Shown: positions 38,101 through 49,377 of the stretch, piece by piece
How the letters are laid out: every line of letters begins with the position of its first letter
Numbering within the stretch: the first letter of the stretch is position 1
Assembly: GCA_046563655.1 (NCBI GenBank)
Contig: CM102290.1
Coordinates: forward strand, 12,896,001-12,960,000
Source of the DNA: Yuukianura sp. NJ FZ-2021
Taxonomy: Eukaryota
Reading direction: 5' to 3'
DNA length: 64,000 nucleotides
Made by a program: the position numbers and the translations under genes
The notes under the pieces: generated by a model
The model's input: only the letters and a program-made list of their open reading frames with translations
Told to the model about the DNA's origin: nothing
Databases searched by the model: none

Positions 38101-40167
38101 CTACTCTTTTCCTTCGTACTCTTGTTGAATGAATTTTGCAATGGTGTTTAGCTGGATATTTGTCGTTCCTTCGTAGATGCAACCAATTTTGCAATCTCTG
38201 AAATATTTTTCCATGGGATAGTCTTTGGTAAATCCTACTCCGCCCATCCATTCGATACACTTTGAAGTAGTTTCCGTTGCAACCTCTACGAAAGTAATTG
38301 GAACACATCAATTAGGATTTTATAGAGATGTGGGGCTGTAAGTTATCAAACTAGCAGAAGCTGTTGTTCGTACCTGCCGCGAAGTACTTTGCCATAGCTG
38401 CTTGCTTAACGTACGGTAGCCCGGCTTCCTTCAACCTCGTAGCGTTATAAACAAGAAGTCGTGCACATTCGATTTGGGTCGCAACGCGCGAAATTTGATG
38501 ATTGAGAGCCTGGAGAAATCAGATAATAATGTTATTGCAGCGTTCTTAGCCTGCAGTAACCTTCTTACAAACTTGTAAGAAAGTTTTTTAAGAGCGGGAA
38601 TAAGCTCTTACCTGAAAGTCAAAGATGCGCTTTCCGAATTGCTTTCTTTGAAGAGTATAAGGAACTGTTGCGTCGAAGCAGCCTTGTGCCAGTCCAAGCA
38701 TTTGAGCTCCAATTCCGATTCGCCCGCCATTTAGCATTCCAATAGCGTATTTGTAGCCATGACCGACGGTTCCGAGGACGTTTTCGGCGGGAACCTGTCG
38801 ATAGAAACGTTTTCTATGTAAGAACTCAAAACCATAAGCTTTTACAGGCTATTTTCGTCAAACAAACTGTATTTGATAAGTAGTAATTCAAGTACTAATA
38901 CTAATACGCAAGTACAAGTGTATTTACCTTCACGTTGTCGAAATGCACAGCACAAGTTCCCGATGACCGAATCCCCAGTTTATCCTCCTTCTTTCCTATT
39001 GAGACGCCAGGAGTGTCACGGTCAACCAGGAAGCATGTGATGCCTTTGTAACCCTAAAAGAACAAGATAGTGGTTCAAATCGTTCCGTTCGAAATGCACA
39101 AGTATTAGAATTCGTTTTCTGCGATACTTGAGGCCTGTTACAACCTTACCAAGGACAAATCTACGTTGGCCATGACAATAAAAACTCCTGCAATATCTGC
39201 ACTGGATATCCACATCTTAGATCCATTGATTATATACGTATCGCCGTCCTTCTTGGCTGTAGTTCTTAGGGCGAAAGCATCAGATCCTGAACTTACTTCG
39301 GAAAGACAAAAACTGCCAATCTGCCAAAAAGATGAGTGGAAATTATAAGCAGTTCCGATAGGAAATAGTAATAGAACATTTGAAATCAAATACTGGAAGG
39401 ACTAATTACCATGTCAGTTGCAAATCGTGGTAGGTATTTGTCCTTTTGTTTCTCAGTTCCCAAATTCATAAGCATAGTATTCATGAGAGTGTTTTGAATG
39501 TCGCAACAAACGCTGACGCCGGCATCCACTTTAGCCAGTTCCTCGATCACTACTACTGCTGACCCAAAACTGGCACCAACTCCTCCATATTTAGTCGGTA
39601 TCTCAATGCCCATTAACTAGTTGCAAATGGAAAAGTTGTTTTGAAATGGATTATAGTACTATTCAGCATAGTCTATCCTGACAATCCTTGTAAACAATGC
39701 TTACCCCATGACTAAAAAGAGATTCCACTACACCGGGGTCCATTTTCCCCTCCTTGTCCATCTTTTGTACTAGCGGTGATATTTTGTCCTTTGCCAGTTT
39801 AGAAACTAAAAATTTTGAAATCAATTAATTAGTAACCAGTGAAAATTCGTATTCTTCGAAACAACCCAAGCCCAACCCAGTCACCTGTTTCCTGCATCAC
39901 CTTTTCGTCCTCAGTCAAAACCGTTACTGGATTGTGTAAAACCGTAGGATTATCTTGTAACTCAGTTGCTGAAGTGGACATGAAAGATTTGCACAGTCTT
40001 GGCTGTTAAAAAGAGACAAATAAGGTTATAGTTACACAGTTTTGCTATATCAGAATTAAAAAATAGTAAGTTATGTTACTGACATTAGTGAGATTTCGCC
40101 TCGATAACCAATCAAATCTGATTCCGTTTACTAGCATACTTCTAAGAACCGCACTTCGGGACATCAT
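38101..40167 (-). CDS. ACADSB: Short/branched-chain acyl-CoA dehydrogenase, mitochondrial
   Basis: Multi-exon. Motifs [59 protein letters not shown] and [17 protein letters not shown]. Confidence 0.93.
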
Positions 40168-40284
40168 GGTGACGGTGACAGTTAGCAGTAGTTCTCTTCT
40201 TGGTTGAGAAGTGCAGCGTCGATGGAATACTGGAAACCTCCGTCAATGTCACCACGTAGAGTCCACGATCGACCGGCTGACTAA

Positions 40285-40294
40285 ATCAGCTGAT
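40285..40294. promoter_or_regulatory. E-box palindrome (Drosophila Ohler motif 5-like) upstream of ACADSB
   Basis: ATCAGCTGAT about 120 bp upstream of the ATG. Similar AACAGCTGAC at 17362 upstream of the LTO1-like/METTL25 unit. Confidence 0.35.
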
Positions 40295-40327
40295 CCGCCT
40301 TGAGTGAGATTAGATTAACTGAATGAG

Positions 40328-40783
40328 TAAGGATTACTTACCGTCCTTGTACTAGTCACAGCGTGTCGGCTCGGAATTATAGGTTCTGTTACTCCGACCA
40401 TCTTGTGTTGCCACAATAGGCAGCTACACATGAGCGGTAACTTATGCAGCAACTTTAACCTAAAACAAAGTGGCAACATGCCACAGAGCGTAGCCACCCG
40501 TTGTACTACAGAGAGCCCTCCAAGTTAGCAAAATTTTTTTCTCTCTTTTCTCATTTGTGGGTACCGTAACCGGTCAAAAATTTGGAGGGAATGGGTTGCC
40601 TTATAAACTTTTTGTTGACAAACTGATAAGAGTAAAGATAAGAATGAACCTCAGACTGGAATTTTACGATAACAGGGTGGAGCTTTCTTTGAATCCAACC
40701 AATAGGAGCGATTTGCTAACTTGGAGGGCTCTCTGTAGCTGCAACGCTAATCATTCGGCTACAATTAACCTCGATAAGCCATA
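40328..40783. mobile_element. IR element of the 46597 family, interrupted by a nested pogo-type MITE
   Basis: Left end taaggattacttaccgtccttgta, internal gtggcaacat/gtagccac motifs, degenerate right end ggctacaattaacctcgataagcc. Confidence 0.5.
40509..40735. mobile_element. pogo/Tc1-type MITE with perfect 24-bp TIR
   Basis: TA|CAGAGAGCCCTCCAAGTTAGCAAA ... TTTGCTAACTTGGAGGGCTCTCTG|TA. Confidence 0.9.
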
Positions 40784-41356
40784 CCCCAGCCGAAAGGAAG
40801 AGCGCGTAGACGTGTATTAGTCACACTAATCCCATGAATCCGATGGCTTTTTTTCGGAAACGTCGGATCCCGAATTTCGTAATTGGAAAAATACGCGAGT
40901 CATTTAATTATTCGTAGATGAGTATGTTGTGTAATTGTAAAGGAATCCGACTTTCGTGAAGTCGTGCTTACTATTAAGATTTATTATTAATCAAAATTTA
41001 TTTTATTAAGATTTATGTATAGTTGAAGAAATCAGCCCAGAAATGCCATTCTTTTCAGGTAAAAGCATTTCCTATAATTCCGCAGACTCGGAGGATTTCA
41101 GTGAGTCAGGGGATTAGTGGGGATGTTGGAGTCCACGCACTGGGTTTCTTGTGAGGACAACCTTATGTTGTGCCAGTTGGAGCGCCGTTTGTGCACGGCC
41201 TCGCCGCTTTTTGTGCACTCTGGTGGCGGTTGGGAGAACATAAGGCATACGGCACCACAATGCAAATCAAATGCACTGCTCTCTTTGCCTCTTCTAAACG
41301 TGTATTGAAACAGCGGCCCGTCTGTCTTCGAGGATAACACCGGAAAAGTAGTGGGA

Positions 41357-41408
41357 TTCTTTCTTCGTAGTTACTTGTCGTAAGGTCAGGCTTTAATTGT
41401 TCAAATAG
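41357..41408 (+). promoter_or_regulatory. TCT/5'TOP start and non-coding first exon of RPL26
   Basis: Polypyrimidine TTCTTTCTTC followed by a short exon and a GTAAGT donor at 41409. This layout is typical of ribosomal protein genes. Confidence 0.65.
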
Positions 41409-41672
41409 GTAAGTAATCGTTCTAAATCAGGTCGAGTCTGATATTTAATTGGTTTCTGAATTAGTGTAGGTAATTAAAGTGAGCAAACTTTCGTAAAAAA
41501 AAACACGTCCAAAATATTCTTCCCTCTTATGTCTCTCAACCTATCGTAGAAAGAACAAGCATCTTACAGGGTTTTGTCATTACTATATTAATTACATACA
41601 TTATTCGATCAATTAAATCATTACAGAAGTATTAATTGACATCATATTTTGTAGTTACATACACCCGGAACC

Positions 41673-42544
41673 ATGAAGCTCAACAAAGAAGTCACGATGT
41701 CGCGGAGGAAGAACCGCAAGCGCCACTTTAACGCTCCATCACACATCCGAAGGAGGCTCATGTCGTGCCCTTTGTCAAAAGAGCTTAGAGTTAAATACAA
41801 TGTTCGCTCTATGCCAGTTCGAAAGGATGATGAAGTGCAGGTAATTATGTTGCATGTTAATTGGAATAGGAGGCATTTTGTACACAATTTCTTGTGATCG
41901 TATGATGAGTCAAACCATTCACTGATGTCATATTGCCAAATGCGCGCCATCAAAATCAATACTAAGATGTACAGGTTCTCTGTACATTTTCGTGGTATTT
42001 TGGCGGCGCTTATGGGCAATTAAAATGTCGAGAATTTGGTCTGAATTAAAAACAAACTAGTTAAAAGTAACTTAACATAATACGTGTTCAAAAAGTTATG
42101 ACTATGAATTTTTTTTAAGGTCATGCGGGGGCACTTCAAGGGTCAACAGGTTGGCAAGGTCACTCAAGTGTACAGGAAGCGATTCTGCCTGTACATTGAG
42201 CGAGTGCAGCGGGAGAAAGCCAATGGCACCACCGTGCCCGTTGCGATTCATCCATCCAATGTAAGTTGCAACGTTATTCAGCATGACAGTACTAAAAATC
42301 GTCCGATCATTTCAATTAGTTTGAATTGAATTGATTTATTTTTAAATTTCAGGTTACAATCGTAAAACTAAAGATGGACAAGAACAGAAAGGCAACACTT
42401 GATCGAAGAGCCAAGGGAAGAGAACGCAGTTATGCCAAGAAGGGCAAATACACTCCAGAATCAGCAGTTGAGACCGCTGATGCCACCAAGAAAGCCTCTC
42501 CTATGGATACCAAATCAGCAGAAAGTTCACCTACTAAGGCATAA
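41673..42544 (+). CDS. RPL26: 60S ribosomal protein L26 (uL24)
   Basis: Exons 41673-41840, 42120-42260, 42353-42544. Motifs [25 protein letters not shown] and [12 protein letters not shown]. Confidence 0.98.
41902..42044 (+). ncRNA. Candidate intronic box C/D snoRNA
   Basis: Box C ATGATGA at 41902, D' CTGA at 41922, ~89-nt hairpin, degenerate C' ATGTCGA at 42025, and box D CTGA at 42041, 75 nt upstream of the 3' splice site. Host is a ribosomal-protein gene. Confidence 0.5.
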
Positions 42545-42667
42545 TCGGTTTCTAACAGTTTTATTTGCTACTCGTGTACTTCAAGGTTGATTTGCTCCAT
42601 GATATAATAAAAGCGAGGTTTGTTCTCAACTATTAGCTCCAAAAATACTCATACTGAATTTCTATTA

Positions 42668-42839
42668 CAGAAAACCCTCTCTTATGGCAACTCGCTCTGA
42701 TACCGTAAAGTGTCGAATTACATCGGATCGGAGGTATTTGGTCACCCAAATCCTCAAGAGAGCTAACTTCCGTCTAAAAACTTCGGTTTTACGGTGTCCC
42801 TCAGAGGAAACAAGAGTTGCTATAAGAGAGGTTCTGCTG
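42668..42839. mobile_element. pogo/Tc1-type MITE
   Basis: TA|cagaaaaccctctcttatggcaac ... gttgctataagagaggttctgctg|TA. Confidence 0.78.
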
Positions 42840-43479
42840 TAGGTTATTTTAAATAAGCTTATATTAGAAGCCTTAAAGGCTTGAACGTTCGGGGAGACCC
42901 TTAGTTGACCTTGACGTGCAGTGGTTTTAGTTGATTACGACAAATGAGTGATGTAGAGCGATAAGCATAACGTGTCTTCTCTTTTCATGTGTTTGTTTGT
43001 GTCCGAGAGTCCGAGGATTGGTGTAGCGCCCTTTGAGTTCGATGCTTCGTTGGTTTAATATGGATTCATGCGCGCGGCGGTCCCCAAGTATTGGACATCT
43101 CTTGTGTGTTTAGTTGTGCCAAAATCCTTGTGAGTATTTTGAGTAAGTGGGTATAGCTGAAGGCAGTGGGAGAGGACGGGAGAACAACAGGATTCCGAGT
43201 CCATTCTACTATGTCATCCACTCCCTTCCACTAAATTCTTTCGTGGGTCTTGTTTGGTGGGACACGGAAGGAGAATACCTTTCAACACAGGTTAGTTAGA
43301 TACTACTTTCAAAGTACAGTTCACTCTCACTCTAAAAACATCAGGATTTCAAGGGAGAACGGTCGATTCAGCGCCATATTTATTACTATATTTAGTTACT
43401 CGAGTCTGCAGTGGACCCTTGACCTAAATTCCTCTACCGTCCATAACAACATTACCTTCGACACGGACCGACCGTCGTC

Positions 43480-45928
43480 ATGGCTCATGTTCCTTCAGAC
43501 GACATGATGGAGGAGACCAGCCTAACTGCCAGAGAGCTCTCTTCAGAATACCTTGACGAAAAGGAACGTACCCTCCAACGATTTGAAGGATGGACTGAAG
43601 GGGATCAAATTGACTTCATTGAGAGCCTACTCCTTCGCGTATGTCACTACCAACACGGTCAGATCAACGAGTTCCTTACACCAATGCTCCAGAGAGATTT
43701 CATTACCCTGTTGCCCAAACAGGGCCTTGACCATGTCGCAGAGACAATTCTGTCATATCTGGATGCCAAGTCCCTCTGTGCTGCTGAACTCGTTTGTAAG
43801 GAGTGGACCCGTGTTATTTCCGACGCAATGCTCTGGAAAAAATTGATTGAACGTAAAGTTCGTACTGATACGCTCTGGAGAGGATTGGCAGAACGACGGG
43901 GCTGGATACGTCACTTGTTCAAACCGAGACATGGCGGAAGTCATCCTGACCACTCTTTCTACCGAATTTTATATCCTAAAATTATACAAGACATTGAAAG
44001 TATAGAAAACAATTGGCTCAAGGGTGAACCAAACATTCAACTCATCAACTGTAGATCTGAAAATTCCAAAGGAGTCTACTGTCTTCAGTACGACGACGGC
44101 AAAATTGTTTCTGGTCTTCGTGATAACACGATTAAAGTTTGGGACAGAGACAGTCTAAACAGCAAAAAGGTGCTTATGGGTCATACAGGGTCTGTTCTGT
44201 GCCTTCAGTATGATGAAAAAGTGATCATCAGTGGGTCAAGTGATTCGACCGTTCGTGTATGGGATGTCAGCTCTGGAGAGTTAGTCAACACGCTCATTCA
44301 TCACTGCGAAGCTGTACTTCACTTGCGATTTAACAATGGAATGATGGTCACGTGTTCCAAGGTAATTAATTACCAGTTACCCCTTGTCTATAACTCTTGT
44401 GTTATAATTTTTCAATTTCCAGTTTTCCTGTAGATATACACAACAATTTTGGCTAAATTGCAGTTTCATTCTGCAGTTCGAATCAACCCCCCACCATTCT
44501 GAAGTAATGGTGGTGGGTGGTTTATTGAAACTGCTGAATAGCTGAATGAAACTGCAATTTACCCACAGTTTACTGCAGTGTGAGGACAATGGACTTAGCC
44601 AAAATTTAATGTAGCGATGATAACAATCTTAGTAGGAAATTCCTTGTTGAAATGAAATTTATGACGTCACAGTGTCACTGACACTCCACCTCCTAAAAAC
44701 TACAACAATTTTTGTTTTATTTTTAATTTAAAGTACGGTATTTGCTCTCGATTAATGACTTTCTTTGAAAACTGAATATTCGAATTTTGATTTGAAATTC
44801 GAGTCGAAAAGACGTATTGAAATTTTCGATTCGTTTTTTTTCAAAGAGCAACTGAAAACTGCATGAGTATGAGTAAGTTACGTACTTTCAACTCAGAATG
44901 TCAATATGTGTTCCGTTCCACATGTCAATGATTATCGATTTCCTTAGGATAATCGATTGCCAACGAAACTGTGTTATGTCAATGCAAGACAAATCCTGCA
45001 GGAGTTACGGAATAGCTAATTCATTGTAACGGAATTCTAATGGATATGATTTTACTTGAATTCAGGATCGAAGCATTGCTGTGTGGGATATGGTTTCGGC
45101 GACTGATATCAACCTACATCGAGTCCTGGTCGGGCACCGTGCAGCCGTGAATGTCGTAGACTTTGATGAAAAGTATATCGTGTCAGCTTCTGGTGATAGA
45201 ACCATCAAGGTACGTTGTCAATGTCAATGTAAATCCAAAGATAGTCATTTAATAAGTCTCTTTTTAGGTGTGGAGTACAAGCTCTTGTGAATTTGTCCGT
45301 ACCCTGAATGGCCACAAGCGCGGAATAGCATGTCTCCAGTACCGGGACAGGCTTGTAGTCAGTGGAAGTTCTGACAACACGATCAGGTAGTGACAAAACA
45401 GGCACAACTTGTGATATAAATGTTGATATTATAACGTTAAATTTTCGTTTTGTAGATTGTGGGATATCGAATGCGGTGTCTGTTTGAAAGTCCTAGAAGG
45501 TCACGAAGAACTCGTACGGTGCATTCGCTTCGATAGCAAACGTATAGTTAGCGGAGCTTATGACGGGTAAGTCATAGTCATTGTCACATTATGGAATGCT
45601 GGAATTTCAATACTGTCTTATTTTCTGCAGCAAAATTAAAGTATGGGATCTCCAGGCTGCACTCGATCCTCGGGCACCATCTTCTTCCTTATGTCTCCGA
45701 ACCCTTAATGTAATTTGTACAGAATTGACGAAATAACTGAAAATTCTAACCAATTCACTCACTTGTTGAAATTTGTTATGACAGAAACATACCGGTCGCG
45801 TGTTTCGACTCCAGTTTGACGAGTTCCAAATTGTAAGTAGTTCCCATGATGACACTATATTGATCTGGGATTTTCTGAACTTTGATCAACCCGACTCTAA
45901 TGGAGGAACACCAAATATGATTGCATGA
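43480..45928 (+). CDS. slmb: beta-TrCP / slimb F-box WD40 protein
   Basis: D-domain ([14 protein letters not shown]), F-box ([27 protein letters not shown]) and WD40 repeats ([55 protein letters not shown]). Confidence 0.97.
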
Positions 45929-46596
45929 GGAAGATAAAAATTAGAACACGAGCGAATTCTAAATTGACAGCATCCGCACTCTACTCGTTGAATAAATGGA
46001 AAAATTCGTAGACAAGGACGCATCCGCATGGAACTAATAAACCGATAGTCGATTGAAAGTGGAACAGGACAGGTTTGGGTGTTGGAGCCGCAGTACGGCG
46101 GCTTCTGGACGGTTATTGTTTATGGACAAGTGACTACGGTAGGAACTGCTCAGGTCTCAACGTCAAGGTCTCTGTGTATTTCTTCTCACCCACTATATGT
46201 TCCACCACTCCACGCTCACAAAACAGTCGTGGATGGTGACATTTTACTCTTTTCGCCAGTTCAGCTCCGTCCTGAGACTGAAGTTGGCTTTCGTATGTTT
46301 TAGATGTAACGGACCCCAGACGAGTTCCTTAACAATTTTGCTTGTAAAACCATCACGCTAGTAATGTAAGAATGACTTCTATTTAAACGTCTTCTGTTGT
46401 AACGTAATTTAAGAACGTATTGATAATTTTTAGACCTAGCCCAGTTTAACTCCAGTCAACGTTTTGGACTCTACTCATTATGATTATAGCACGTGGTGTA
46501 ATCACTTGCTTCAAATAAAAGCGCGGGACGATTCATTCCAGTGAAATTTACGAGCTCTTGTTTATTTATTTTTTCAAAATCGTGTAGAAATTGTGA

Positions 46597-46753
46597 TAAG
46601 GCTTAACGACCGTCATTGTAGCCACACAGTGTAGCCACTACGGCCATCCGTAGTGGCTACATTGCGGCAACTTATGTTGCCACTTTGGAGTGGCTACTTA
46701 AGTTGCCACTGAAAATAGCTGAGTGCGGTTACAACGACGGTCGTTAATCCTTA
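46597..46753. mobile_element. Short IR element (possibly PIF/Harbinger-like MITE)
   Basis: taaggcttaacgaccgtcattgtagcc / ggttacaacgacggtcgttaatcctta (24/27 IR). Internal gtagccac/gtggctac repeats. Related copies at ~40328 and ~52950. Confidence 0.7.
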
Positions 46754-46811
46754 CGTTGCCCTTAAAAGTAATGGGGCTTAGAAGTTCTAATAATTATGAG
46801 TGTATTTTTAC

Positions 46812-47896
46812 TTAACATTTACGGATTCGGTGACTTCGCTTCACACAGCGTTCCATGAAGGCATCCACATAGTCAGTCAGGTCCCGTTCAGTTTGAGTAG
46901 TGGTGGCGATGAGTCGAGTTTCTTCGTCCCTTCCGTCCTTGGAACGATTGGGATTGATATAGCCAAGTGCACGATCAATTTCAAACAAAACGAAGGCAAA
47001 GAATCGCTCGTCTGCGGCTGTGAACGGCAAGTAATGAAGTAGTCCATAACTCTCGTTAGTTTCAGCTAACCGCTGCGTTAACATTCTAAACTTGCCCTCT
47101 ACTGGAAACGCAGGCCCGGCCTGACTCAGTTTCGTGCACAGCGTTGAGAAGTCTGGTGAAGCGTAATACTCAAATGGAAAGTCCAGCTTGTGTTTCTGAT
47201 CTGTTGAATTGTAGAGGATGTCCACTTTACTTAGCAAGTTGACAGTTGGAAGCCCCATGTGACACATCGTCATTGTGGCGTTTGTACTATAACCGATGAA
47301 CAAATCTGCAAAATAGTTTTACGGTTATCCAAAAGCAGGCAATTAGAATTATACATAGATTCTTACTGGCTTACCGGGAGTCAAGAGAATGTTGGCCTCA
47401 AACATGTAGATGTTGCAGACTGACAGTTTTGCATCCAGTAGTTTCTGATAGAAATTCTTGATTGGATTCCTAAGGGTGAATAACTCCACCTATGACAAAG
47501 TTAAGAATAAATGATACAGAAGAACCACGAGGAATGTTGTTGGAATTGGGAATAAGTTACCTGTCCTGGCATATCCAGAATAACAATTGTTCCTGGATCA
47601 TACGTCTGGATTTCGTTAATTAGTTCTGCGTGATGGTGCGTAAAGAAAGAAGTAATTGACTCCATCAAAGCTCCGTTCGGCCCGAGATCCATTGTCTTCA
47701 TGACCTCCGATACTCTCGTAAAGTCCAAAATATTCCAATCTGGCTGGTACACTAGATTGACTTCACAACCGGGGTCAATGTTGCAAATTTTGACGCATCG
47801 ATTTTTGTCTAATAAAAATTTTTGAAGTCCTTTGCAGAAGGTTGACTTTCCTGCTCCAGGAGTTCCAGTAACTCCAATAACATATTTTAACACCAT
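46812..47896 (-). CDS. GPN-loop GTPase (GPN2-like, divergent)
   Basis: Three exons. P-loop GTPGAGKST, NIDPG, LGPNGAL (GPN loop), DMPGQVELFT and NLLSKVD. Confidence 0.88.
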
Positions 47897-47911
47897 ATCG
47901 CCAGCGTTGTA

Positions 47912-48280
47912 TCACTGACCAAGGAACGCCTGTTCTATATGTTTAGAAACCGAAGATAGAAAGTCTTTAGAAATGTGGCCCTGGGACAACCGCAACGAGA
48001 GAACAACTGATTCGGCAGTGGAGTATTTGAATGCTGCTTCAGCAATGACTCGAGCGGCTAATACTAGTTCCGAATTCTCGAACCCAAATAAATTGGTGAT
48101 ATCGTAGGTAGACGATTCGAGATGGTCCGCCTTGTTCACGCGAAACCAAGTCCCGGGTTGCCCCGTTTCGCTCAAAATTACAAGACGGACGTTTGCGAAT
48201 TGTTGAACACACAACTGCACTTCAAAGGACCCAAACGAAACAACAGTGTTCGTACTCTTTACTGGGAACCTTTGTTCCAT
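47912..48280 (-). CDS. PSMG3: Proteasome assembly chaperone 3-like; first cistron upstream of the GPN gene
   Basis: 122-aa intronless ORF. Pattern FPVKS...F.NVRLVILSETGQPGTW...LFG...LAARVI...VVLSL resembles PAC3/PSMG3 in length and motif order (recalled). Confidence 0.7.
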   Translation of the reverse strand: MEQRFPVKSTNTVVSFGSFEVQLCVQQFANVRLVILSETGQPGTWFRVNKADHLESSTYDITNLFGFENSELVLAARVIAEAAFKYSTAESVVLSLRLSQGHISKDFLSSVSKHIEQAFLGQ

Positions 48281-49377
48281 ATTCCTGTATAACAAAAAAG
48301 TGATGTTATTAAGCCGATTCAGCCAAATTAATTTTTACCGAGCTATTAGCAACGTGTAACTTTCCTACCCATCGACAGCAGACGTACAAAGGACGACCAA
48401 GCTTGAAAGAAGTCAAGTACGAAATCCAACGTATTGTTAGTTACTTGAAAAACTGATCTTGAAACCGTCGTTTGAGTTTGATTTACTAGTGAGACAGGAG
48501 ACCACGGACAAACTTGGTTGACGTAACCACAATTTTGCATGTTATAACCATCCTTTCAAGTCTTATTTCAATGGGATCCCACAAGTGGGGAGGGTGAATG
48601 GGTTAAGTTATTGGCAAGGTCGGACGGTGAATGGGTTAAGTTATTGGAAAGATACAACGAATAGTAGTACACCGTAGTGCGACAATAAGAAAGGGAAAAC
48701 ACAATATCCGTACATGTGTCGTATCTGAGGAATAGGTGCCCCTCACATTAGAGCCGAATGCGACGTAAAATTTATGGTAACTCATTGTACCCCAGTTAGC
48801 ATTGTACTATGCCCCTGATACCAATCGTGCAGCGACACTCGAATACAATAAATTTACATTGTAGCCCCCCAAGTATTTTAGGCCACATGTATACCTAACC
48901 AAACGTGACCCGAAGGATACAGGATAACAACAATTGCAGCCCTCCGTTAACCATGCGTGGTTACAATGGATGCCTCTGCTGTACTTCATCAACGCGAAAT
49001 TGGTAAACAAAACTAGAAAATTTGCTGACCGGTTTTGATTACTCCGCTGCTCTTAAATATTCTGTATGTCGTTGTTTCCTCGACTATGTCAGGGACCCTG
49101 GGCCAAGGTCACGTTTGATTTTATCAGGTATTTTACAATTTACACAAAACGTTGCACGAATTGTTACAAAACCTTAGTTTGTGTACAGGGAAGGTCATAA
49201 ATAAACCTCTTGTTGTGTTTCAGTGCCTCTGCTGCCTTCGTTTGGCTTTGAATATCGACTGAATAACTTCCTAGCTTCGAGGCGCTCGAGTGTGAAGCCG
49301 GTACGGTAAAAATATTTAGAAATACAAAGAAATAGACTGACGATGTACTTTGTTTTTAGATAGACACCTCGAGGGGT

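Noticed and set aside
43250..43507. 85-aa ORF upstream of beta-TrCP as a third dicistron
   Set aside because: Starts at TTG, has no in-frame ATG until its last few codons, shows no homology cue, and overlaps the beta-TrCP start.
47897..47914. In-frame TGA as selenocysteine or programmed readthrough (also the TAG at 18195)
   Set aside because: The following base is T rather than the leaky C, I saw no SECIS-like structure, and each downstream gene has its own ATG at the expected N-terminus. Not excluded, but a dicistron fits better.
48592..48646. 22-bp direct repeat (ggtgaatgggttaagttattgg x2) in the PSMG3/RAD1 divergent promoter
   Set aside because: Real, but most simply a local tandem duplication with no evidence of function.
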